From assembly GCF_000186885.1 (NCBI RefSeq), contig NC_014972.1, positions 2,760,001 to 2,792,000 on the forward strand: a DNA stretch of 32,000 nucleotides, given 5' to 3'. Shown here piece by piece: positions 25,563 to 32,000 of the stretch (position 1 is its first letter; each line of letters starts with the position of its first letter). The notes below the pieces were generated by a model that was given only the letters and a program-made list of their open reading frames with translations, was not told the origin of the DNA and made no database searches. The stretch is from Desulfobulbus propionicus DSM 2032. GTDB taxonomy: Bacteria; Desulfobacterota; Desulfobulbia; Desulfobulbales; Desulfobulbaceae. A program made the position numbers and the translations under genes.

Positions 25563-27124
25563 GGCAGCACCACGATCGGCAGGGTGACCTCGGCACACTC
25601 GGCGGTCACCCAATGGACGGTAATCTCATCGCTGTCCAGGCGGCACAGCTCCAGCCAGGCGCAGCGGTTGAGCGCTTCTGCGGACACAGCCACCGGCAAG
25701 GCGGCGTCCAGGGTCAGCTTTTCCTCGCCGCTGGCCAGGGTCTCCACGCCGAGCACCTTCCGCCGGATGATTGTCCCATCGGTGGTGATCAGTTCAAGGT
25801 GCTGGCGGGCCGCGCTGTCCTTGAGGGCGTACTCGTAACCGATCGGCTGGATGACGATGGACGATGCGCCCGCTTCCGCCGGCACCGAGAGCTCGAACCC
25901 CCGGTCATTGGCGGCCAGCCAGAACGGCGCCAGCCGGCCGCCCCTGGCCTTGAGAAAGGCGAGAAAGGTGTTGATGTCGGCCCGGCCGACCAGCAGGAAC
26001 CTGGCATCCCGGCTCAACACCGGCTCCTCGGATTGCACATCGAACTCCAGCACCCCGGTGTCGTTGTCCAGCCGCACCCACTTGTTGTCGTAGCCCTCCT
26101 CGCCATCCTCCCAGCTCGGCACGAACGGACACAGCGGCACATCCAGATACAGCTCCACGGCGCCCCCGGACGGTTCCCAACCGTCGTCCGTGGCCAGCAA
26201 GCTGAGCCGATAATCGCCCACGTCCTCGGTGAACCTACTGACTCGCCGCTGCTCCAGGGAGAGGCAAGAGCGGCACGGCGCCATCCAAGCCAACCCGGCC
26301 TGCCAGTCCCGGCCGAACGGCGCATCCACCGCCAAATAGGTGGCACCCACGCCGGTGATGGTCCGCACCTCGGCGGTCTGCCAATCGGTCCACACCGCCA
26401 CCGGCGTACCGATGACGAAATTGTCCGAGCCCTCGGTGATCGGGATGGTGGTGGCCCCGGCGGCAATATCGCCAGTCAGCCGGAACGCATCCCGCCAGAT
26501 CGGCGCGAACAGGTACCGGGACTTGCGCATCCCCAGCCAGGTCTCCAGCTGGCGGCGGCCAGCCCCGGACACCAGCATCCGCACCTCCCAAGTACGCCGA
26601 GGCAGGGTACGCAACTGGACCCGCTGCTCGGTGCGGTCATGGGCAATCATCACATCCGTTTTCCAGGCCAGCGACTCATCCAGCCCGTTCTCCCAGTTGT
26701 GCGGGAAGAACAGATAGCCGATGTCGCCGGAGAGCTGCGGCGGCCGGGTGCCAAGGATGGTCCACAGCGGATCGTTTGTGGCCGTGGTCAAAAAGCTGAA
26801 CAGGGCCTCGAAGATGGCCGGGCCTTCGGAGTCGACCGAGACAACGATCCTCTGGCTTGTGTGTGGCGCGATGGTCGCCGGAGTGGTCAGGTCAAGGCCG
26901 ATCCCCTCCACCTGGCCCGAGGCGTTAATTGCCGACACGGTCCGGGCAACGCTCTCGCCGTTGTGCAGATACACCGGAAACGCCTGATCCTTGGACACCA
27001 GCCCCATATCAAACCGTTCCGGCCGGATGTACCGGGTGAACAGCGCCGTCTCCAGGTTGGTTGTCCTGGCGCTCAACCCGGACAACGGCACCATGGACAT
27101 TTGCATGATTGTTCCTACCGGCAT
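25559..27124 (-). CDS. Tail-tip protein with two tandem gpM/DUF2460 (GTA g12)-like modules and an N-terminal Ig-like domain
   Basis: 521 aa. Module 1: PHNWENGLDESLAWKTDV...EQRVQLRTLPRRTWEV...RRQLETWLGMRKSRYLFAPIWRD. Module 2: PSWEDGEEGYDNKWVRL...INTFLAFLKARGGRLAPFWLAAND. Both show the 'F-x3-(R/K)-G-x3-F-W' pattern of lambda gpM (FLEEHGGWKSFLWTPP) and DUF2460. Assignment is by motif only. Confidence 0.5.
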   Translation of the reverse strand: MPVGTIMQMSMVPLSGLSARTTNLETALFTRYIRPERFDMGLVSKDQAFPVYLHNGESVARTVSAINASGQVEGIGLDLTTPATIAPHTSQRIVVSVDSEGPAIFEALFSFLTTATNDPLWTILGTRPPQLSGDIGYLFFPHNWENGLDESLAWKTDVMIAHDRTEQRVQLRTLPRRTWEVRMLVSGAGRRQLETWLGMRKSRYLFAPIWRDAFRLTGDIAAGATTIPITEGSDNFVIGTPVAVWTDWQTAEVRTITGVGATYLAVDAPFGRDWQAGLAWMAPCRSCLSLEQRRVSRFTEDVGDYRLSLLATDDGWEPSGGAVELYLDVPLCPFVPSWEDGEEGYDNKWVRLDNDTGVLEFDVQSEEPVLSRDARFLLVGRADINTFLAFLKARGGRLAPFWLAANDRGFELSVPAEAGASSIVIQPIGYEYALKDSAARQHLELITTDGTIIRRKVLGVETLASGEEKLTLDAALPVAVSAEALNRCAWLELCRLDSDEITVHWVTAECAEVTLPIVVLP

Positions 27125-27125
27125 A

Positions 27126-27443
27126 TTATGGCCTCATATAGGTGGTGAGACCGTACCGCCACTGGTCGATCATGCTAACCTCCCCGGTGGAATTGGCAAT
27201 CGTCCAATGCACGACCTCGATCGGCACGGTGCTGGTGAGTGTTCCGGCTGCCGGAGTCCCAAGACCGCCTGCGGTGTAATCGGCGGTGGCCGGGATGTCG
27301 CGGTAGCCATCCACCGTTTTCGTAGCCGGGCAGAAGCTCACCCCGGACTCCAGCCCCGCATGGCCAGCAAACGGCACGACATGGCCGTAAATGGTCTGGT
27401 GAATGATTTGAAGGCTGTGCCGCCAAAGCAGGTCTTTGGTCAC
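27126..27443 (-). CDS. Hypothetical phage protein (105 aa)
   Basis: GTG at 27443 lies 3 nt after the upstream stop; TAA is 1 nt before the next ATG. High GC3, within a tightly coupled operon. No family recognised. Confidence 0.5.
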   Translation of the reverse strand: MTKDLLWRHSLQIIHQTIYGHVVPFAGHAGLESGVSFCPATKTVDGYRDIPATADYTAGGLGTPAAGTLTSTVPIEVVHWTIANSTGEVSMIDQWRYGLTTYMRP

Positions 27444-27446
27444 GGC

Positions 27447-27779
27447 TTACATCCGCATCAGGTTCCAGGGGAATGTCCGGCCCGTGCCGGCCGTCTGGGT
27501 GATTGTGGCGGCAATCTGATCGCCGGAGGCCAGGGGAAGGGGCACCGAATGCCAGTTCTTGTCAACCTGTGCCCCGGAAATTGTCTCAACCTTGGCGTCC
27601 TTCAGGTCATCGGTTGGGCGGCAGGTGGTCTTGAGACGAATCTCCAGGGTGTCGCCCGCCTGGAGCTCCGAGGTGTCAACCTCAAGGATGTAAATGCCGA
27701 TCCCGGTCAACTGCGCCAGGGAATGTTCGGTGTTGACGGTGGCGGCCTGGGCGCCGGATGCAACGGATACAACAGCCAT
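27447..27779 (-). CDS. Hypothetical phage protein (110 aa, beta-rich)
   Basis: ATG at 27779 with RBS TTAGGAGAAAAAC. MAVVSVASGAQAATVNTEHSLAQLTGIGIYILEVDTSELQAGDTLEIRLK... No family recognised. Confidence 0.55.
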   Translation of the reverse strand: MAVVSVASGAQAATVNTEHSLAQLTGIGIYILEVDTSELQAGDTLEIRLKTTCRPTDDLKDAKVETISGAQVDKNWHSVPLPLASGDQIAATITQTAGTGRTFPWNLMRM

Positions 27780-27788
27780 GTTTTTCTC

Positions 27789-28544
27789 CTAACTGATTTT
27801 GAACAATAAATTTGATGAGTTGTAGGCAAACAGATAGGTACTGCCGTTGATCGTGATCTGCTCGCCGGCCGCGTAGACGTTGCCCCGCCCCTGGGTATAC
27901 ACCCCGGGGAGCATGCCAATCGGGATGAAATAGGCGGTGTTGGCGTCATAGACCCCGGCAAGGATGGGACAAGGAACAACGACGGCGTTGAAATAATTCG
28001 GCCACACCGTCCCCCATTCCTGACCCCATGAGGTCCACAGTCTTCCCGCTTCCGCCGCCGACCCGGCCGTTGACCACGCCCCGTCCTTGAGCAACGCCGA
28101 CCGGTAGTATGGCTGGCTGCCGAACAGGCCATAAATCCTGGTTGCGCTTGAGGTATAACTCAGGGCCAGGCACGCGCCGCCACTCCATGTCCCGCATTTT
28201 TCGGTGACGGTGAACACCCCGCCCCAATGCACCGTTACCGATACCGAATAGAGATACTCACGGGAGAAATAGAGATTGTTCCCCACCGAATAAAAGCCGT
28301 ACTTGTAGCCGACCGAGAAGTTTTGATCCAACAGCACCGGACTGGTTGACCCGCCAACCGTGATCGAGCGGTTGATGGATGTGGCGTTGGAATATTCCGA
28401 GGTGAACTCGATCCCGGCCTTTGCCATAACCACTTTTGTTGTGGTGTTGACGGAAACAACCCAACCGTTATCTGCCCCAAAAGCGGCCAGGGCTGCCAGG
28501 TAGTTGGCAACCGTGTCGAATGTGCCTTCGTAATATGCGGCCAT
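27789..28544 (-). CDS. Hypothetical phage structural-looking protein, intact paralogue of the frameshifted gene at 28544-29430
   Basis: 251 aa from ATG at 28544 (TGATG overlap with the upstream stop). The N-terminus MAAYYEGTFDTVANYLAALAAFGADNGWVV resembles MAYTNGTAANYKDLLAILTTFAAANGWTV. The C-terminus ...ITINGSTYLFAYNS resembles ...ITVAGVNYICFQDV. Gly/Tyr/Trp/Ser-rich. Confidence 0.55.
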   Translation of the reverse strand: MAAYYEGTFDTVANYLAALAAFGADNGWVVSVNTTTKVVMAKAGIEFTSEYSNATSINRSITVGGSTSPVLLDQNFSVGYKYGFYSVGNNLYFSREYLYSVSVTVHWGGVFTVTEKCGTWSGGACLALSYTSSATRIYGLFGSQPYYRSALLKDGAWSTAGSAAEAGRLWTSWGQEWGTVWPNYFNAVVVPCPILAGVYDANTAYFIPIGMLPGVYTQGRGNVYAAGEQITINGSTYLFAYNSSNLLFKIS

Positions 28545-29209
28545 CAGCTCATCCTCATCGCGCAATAATCACCGTATCCAACCCGATGCACATCCTGGAA
28601 ACAGATGTAGTTGACCCCGGCCACGGTGATGATGTTCTCCGAGGCGTTCTTGTGCCCGGTCACCCTGAACACGCCGTCGACGCTGCCATAGATGGCCGAA
28701 CGGCGTAAATCCTTGATGAATATCGGCTCCAACAGGTATTCGTCGCCTGGCGCGGTCAACAGGTTGGCGCGCACCCCTTGATAGGGGCCGTAGATGGTCA
28801 AATCCGGGCGAGTAATGACGGGGAAGTCAGGTTCAAAATAGGTGGCGTTGATACCGCCGTTCCCATAATTTGCCCGCCCCCATGTCCCGCCGGGCAGATA
28901 GAGGCGCCCGGGGGCCGGACTTGAGCCCGCCCACCATGCGCCTTGCGATGTCGAGGAATACGGGTTGGTCAAGGTGGAGTCGGTGCCGCCGATAAACAAG
29001 GGGTACGGGTATTGCTCGGGGGTTCCGGCAGGGTCGATGAACCCGAGATGCACCGAGGTGTAGACCGATGACACCTTGGCAAAAAGAATGATGCGTTTGG
29101 CTGAGGCGATCATCCAGTAGGGGATTTGCTGATTCCAAAAGGTGCAGAGGGTGGACCAGGTGTCCTTGTTGTTGAGGGGCTGCGCGTCAATGGGAAGGTC
29201 GATTTCCAC
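28544..29209 (-). CDS. C-terminal fragment (frame B) of a frameshifted phage structural-looking gene
   Basis: Open from 29257. The ORF-track start GTG at 29209 has no RBS. EIDLPIDAQPLNNKDTWSTLCTFWNQQIPYWMIASAKRIILFAKV...YPYPLFIGG... continues the paralogue alignment begun by ORF 29110..29430. Confidence 0.5.
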   Translation of the reverse strand: MEIDLPIDAQPLNNKDTWSTLCTFWNQQIPYWMIASAKRIILFAKVSSVYTSVHLGFIDPAGTPEQYPYPLFIGGTDSTLTNPYSSTSQGAWWAGSSPAPGRLYLPGGTWGRANYGNGGINATYFEPDFPVITRPDLTIYGPYQGVRANLLTAPGDEYLLEPIFIKDLRRSAIYGSVDGVFRVTGHKNASENIITVAGVNYICFQDVHRVGYGDYCAMRMS

Positions 29210-29430
29210 AGGACCGAGCCAAACAGCTCCCAGTTGTAGTAGCCGACGGTTGAATCCTCATAGGCCTTGACGCCCACATAGATTTTATCAAGCCCGGAGG
29301 GGCCGGAGCCCCGCAGGTATACCTCGGTCGCGCTCTGGGTGAGCACGGTCCAACCGTTGGCCGCGGCAAAGGTGGTCAGGATGGCGAGCAGGTCCTTGTA
29401 GTTGGCGGCGGTGCCGTTGGTGTAGGCCAT
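29110..29430 (-). CDS. N-terminal fragment (frame A) of the same frameshifted gene
   Basis: ATG at 29430 immediately follows the tape-measure stop (GGAGGATAA-ATG). It looks protein-like up to ...GYYNWELFGSVLW (codon 75). It then degenerates into Pro/Ser/Thr-rich sequence until TGA at 29110. Confidence 0.5.
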   Translation of the reverse strand: MAYTNGTAANYKDLLAILTTFAAANGWTVLTQSATEVYLRGSGPSGLDKIYVGVKAYEDSTVGYYNWELFGSVLWKSTFPLTRSPSTTRTPGPPSAPFGISKSPTG

Positions 29431-32000
29431 TTATCCTCCGATCAAGGTGCGGATGGTGGTGCCGTTGCGGCGGATCATGTTGAGGATGGCGGTCTCGCCG
29501 TCGGCGGTGCGCAGGAAATCGCCCACCATGTTGCGGTCGAGCACATTGATCACCCGCAGCCGGGTATCGCCGGACTTGACCGTGGTGGCGGGTGCGGCCG
29601 CGGCTTGCCCGCCGGCGGCCAGCCGGTTGCCGCTGGGGATCCTCGGCAGGGTGGCCCCGGCAAGCGCCCGGGCCAGGTTACGGGGGAACAGTTTGCGCCG
29701 GACCATCTCCATGAACGGCAGGCCGTAGTAGTCGACCGCGTCCACGGGATGGACGAACTCCCGGGCCGTGAGCCAGGCCGGGATATTGTCGGCGGTCCTG
29801 GAGGGGCTCCAGCCCTGGACCGCGCCACCGCCGGCCAGGGCCTGGACCCAGCCGCCCCGGGCGAACGCCTGCACGGCCTGGCCGCCGGCGGAGAAGCCAA
29901 AACCCACGGCCCGCAGGGCGTTGAGGATCATGTGTTTCATGATGATCTGCGTGAGCCACGAAATGGTTGACCGGGCGAAATCGATCATGGCCTCCTTGGC
30001 GCTGGCAGTACCCGTGATAAACGAATCCCAGGCCGAGGTCAGCCCGCCGGCGATCTGCTCGCCAATGTTCTCGCCGATGTAGATCATGACCTCGGCATCG
30101 GTCTGCATCTTCTCCCTGGCCTTTTGAAATCCCAGAGAAAGCGCGGCCCCCATGTCGTCGCCGGCGGCAATCAGCTTCTCCCGCATCTCGTCGGCGGTGA
30201 TCACGCCGGCGGCACCGGCGGCACGCACAGCCGCCCTGTACTGCTCAACCGAAGCCTGGCCGCGCCTCCACGCCTGTTCAACCTCGGCCATCCGTTCAGT
30301 GGCCACCTGGGCCAGGTCCTCATGTTCCTGCTTGACCGCGTCGACCTGCATGGCGGCCAGTTCCGACTGAGCGCGGATGATATCGGCCTGGCTGGTGTTG
30401 GAATCGGGCCGTGCGGCATCGACCTTCATGGCCTCGATTTCCTGACGCTTGAGGCTGAGGCGTTCCGCCATGATCTTTTTATCAATCGCCAGTTCCGCCT
30501 CTGCCCGGGCCAGCTTGGTGCCGAGCTTCTCCGCCTCCAGTTTTTCCAGCTCCAGGGCGAGGATCTTCTCCTGGGAGGCGGCCCGCATTTTCTCGGACGC
30601 GATCTTTCTTTGCTCCTCGTACTCCTTCTTGGCCTCGGTGGCGGCCTTCTTGGCGGCGGCTGCCGCTTCACGCTTGGCTTTCCCCTCCTCCTTGGAGGAC
30701 TTTGTGGCAGCCTGCGAGGCAGCGGTCTGGACTCGGAACTGGGCCAGGGCCTCGACATTGGCTGCCTTCCTGGCTTTCTCCTTTTCCTCGAAAGCTACCC
30801 GTTCGAGCATCGCCTGGGTGCGCTGATCCGCCGCCGCCTTGGCCGTGGCATCACGTTGCGCAAGGATGGAGTCAACCGAGGCGTCACGGGCCTGGTTGGC
30901 AATCTTCAGTTCCCTGTCCAGATCGCTGGCAATCTGCCCGACATCGTAGGTGTCTCCCTGGGTGAACATCGCCGCGATGGTGAGCTTGAACGCCCTGGCC
31001 CGCGCCATCACCTTGTCGAACTCAGCAGCAACGTAGACGGTCACCAGGCCGATGAAGGCACGGACATTCTCCGGGAACCGTTCAAAGGCGTGAATCAACT
31101 CATCCACAACCTCCTGGCCTTGTTGGCCCAGATCCCCGGTAAAATCGCTCCACCAGCCACCAACAATATCGATGGTCTTTTTGATATCGTCCCCCCAGCC
31201 GGCAAACTGGGTGACAATGGCCCGGAGATAGCCTTCCAGCTGCCCCGAGGCGATCATGGCATTCAGCTCTTCCAGGGCATTGATACCAACTTGCACCCCA
31301 TCGGCGATCATGTTGCCGATTCCTGCCCGGGAGATGTTGAGGAAAACCTTGTTCCACTCATCAGCAAAATTCGACAGCTTGCCGTCGAGTTTTGCCATCC
31401 GGTTGGCCATGGCATCGCCGAAGTTGGTCTCGCCCAGCTTGATCAGATACTCCTCGATCTCCTTGGCGTTCTTGCCCACCGTGGTGGTGACTCCGCGAAA
31501 GGTGAAGCTGACCTTGTCGCCCTCGGAGCTGGCCTTGATGCCGAACTCCTTCAAGCGCTCGAACTCACCGGTGGCGGCATCGGCCACCGCCTCGATCATC
31601 TGGTTGAGATCCTTGCCCATCGATGCCGAAGTGTTGCCATAACTGGTCAAGGCCCGCTCCGATGGATCGAGCCCCATGTTCACCAGCTTGACAAATGCCT
31701 CAGACACCTGCGCCAAGTCGTATGGAGTCTTGGCGGCAAAGTCCTGGATGGCGGCAAAGGCAACCTCCGACTTCTCGGCGCTGCCGGTGGCTGTGATCAG
31801 GCCGGAGCTGATCTTGTCGAACTCGCGGGAGACAGTGACCAGCTTCTGCAGGCCAGCGGCGGCGGAGACCGTGGCGCCCAGGGCACGGAGCAGACCGCTC
31901 ACCGAGGACGTCAGGCCGTTGATGCCGGCATCGGCGCCCTTTGCTCCTGAGACAAAGGATTTGATCGCTCCCAGGGCACGATTGAACCCAGCCGTCAGCC
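29431..32000 (-). CDS. Tail tape measure protein, N-terminus outside the window
   Basis: The frame is open from 29431 to the window edge; I translated 31903-31998 as ...LTAGFNRALGAIKSFVSGAKGADAGINGLTSS, so the ORF-track GTG at 31902 is internal. TMP core KTPYDLAQVSEAFVKLVNMGLDP...GEFERLKEFGIKA, a long Ala/Lys/Glu coiled-coil, and Gly-rich hydrophobic C-terminal segments. Confidence 0.85.
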   Translation of the reverse strand, partial: LTAGFNRALGAIKSFVSGAKGADAGINGLTSSVSGLLRALGATVSAAAGLQKLVTVSREFDKISSGLITATGSAEKSEVAFAAIQDFAAKTPYDLAQVSEAFVKLVNMGLDPSERALTSYGNTSASMGKDLNQMIEAVADAATGEFERLKEFGIKASSEGDKVSFTFRGVTTTVGKNAKEIEEYLIKLGETNFGDAMANRMAKLDGKLSNFADEWNKVFLNISRAGIGNMIADGVQVGINALEELNAMIASGQLEGYLRAIVTQFAGWGDDIKKTIDIVGGWWSDFTGDLGQQGQEVVDELIHAFERFPENVRAFIGLVTVYVAAEFDKVMARARAFKLTIAAMFTQGDTYDVGQIASDLDRELKIANQARDASVDSILAQRDATAKAAADQRTQAMLERVAFEEKEKARKAANVEALAQFRVQTAASQAATKSSKEEGKAKREAAAAAKKAATEAKKEYEEQRKIASEKMRAASQEKILALELEKLEAEKLGTKLARAEAELAIDKKIMAERLSLKRQEIEAMKVDAARPDSNTSQADIIRAQSELAAMQVDAVKQEHEDLAQVATERMAEVEQAWRRGQASVEQYRAAVRAAGAAGVITADEMREKLIAAGDDMGAALSLGFQKAREKMQTDAEVMIYIGENIGEQIAGGLTSAWDSFITGTASAKEAMIDFARSTISWLTQIIMKHMILNALRAVGFGFSAGGQAVQAFARGGWVQALAGGGAVQGWSPSRTADNIPAWLTAREFVHPVDAVDYYGLPFMEMVRRKLFPRNLARALAGATLPRIPSGNRLAAGGQAAAAPATTVKSGDTRLRVINVLDRNMVGDFLRTADGETAILNMIRRNGTTIRTLIGG

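Larger units (their letters stand above)
20074..32000 (-). mobile_element. Tail-gene end of a siphovirus-type prophage or phage-derived element (continues beyond the window)
   Basis: Uninterrupted minus-strand array of phage tail genes with 0-10 nt gaps or ATGA/TGATG overlaps. It runs from the tape measure through M-like, L/BR0599-like, I-like, J-like, fibre and DUF4376 genes to a terminal orphan methyltransferase. The left boundary is not defined by any recognisable att repeat. Confidence 0.75.

Noticed and set aside
22230-27148. Long plus-strand ORFs (22230..23483, 23592..24506, 24513..25838, 25613..27148) opposite the tail genes; also 30124..31950 opposite the tape measure
   Set aside because: Arg/Gly/His/Pro-rich low-complexity translations lying antisense to ORFs with recognisable phage motifs and translational coupling. 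They are shadow ORFs.

Overview
This 32-kb, mostly high-GC bacterial chromosome segment falls into three parts.

(1) 1-14.8 kb holds ordinary, tightly packed housekeeping genes. These are a motB-like/motA-like stator pair (the motB 5' end is off-window), a lipoprotein with a pentapeptide-repeat domain, and dnaE. They continue with the classical xseB-ispA-dxs operon (minus strand), xerC-hslV-hslU, a double zinc-ribbon protein and a DUF62-type SAM hydrolase. The only oddity is a ~0.7-kb AT-rich islet with an orphan membrane ORF directly upstream of dnaE.

(2) 14.8-20.1 kb is a compositionally heterogeneous accessory stretch. It contains a small ABM-fold protein, a glycine-zipper OmpA lipoprotein, ~640 bp of AT-rich non-coding DNA, and a markedly low-GC 1001-aa PAS/GAF hybrid histidine kinase.

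(3) 20.1-32.0 kb is one end of a siphovirus-type prophage or phage-derived tail element. All genes are on the minus strand and translationally coupled. The order is: tape measure (runs off the window), four extra genes (five ORFs, one gene being frameshifted), gpM/DUF2460-like, gpL/BR0599(DUF2163)-like, gpI-like, an 81-aa ORF, gpJ-like host-specificity protein, short fibre, DUF4376 protein, orphan Dam-like methyltransferase.

I recognised no rRNA, tRNA, CRISPR array, transposase or integrase by eye, and I did not find a self-evident new multi-gene defence system.

The signals most worth a second look are recombination scars and insertions inside the tail module:
- An 81-codon ORF sits between the I-like and J-like genes, bracketed by a duplicated 21-nt coding box exactly 264 nt apart in the same frame.
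- A 36-nt copy of J-like codons, differing only at synonymous positions, lies 1.2 kb downstream of the genic copy and brackets the fibre/chaperone cassette.
- A four-gene block (five ORFs), including a frameshifted paralogue pair, interrupts the normally invariant tape-measure to distal-tail-protein junction.
- A low-GC sensor-kinase island abuts the element.

All family assignments are from motif recognition by eye, not from database searches.
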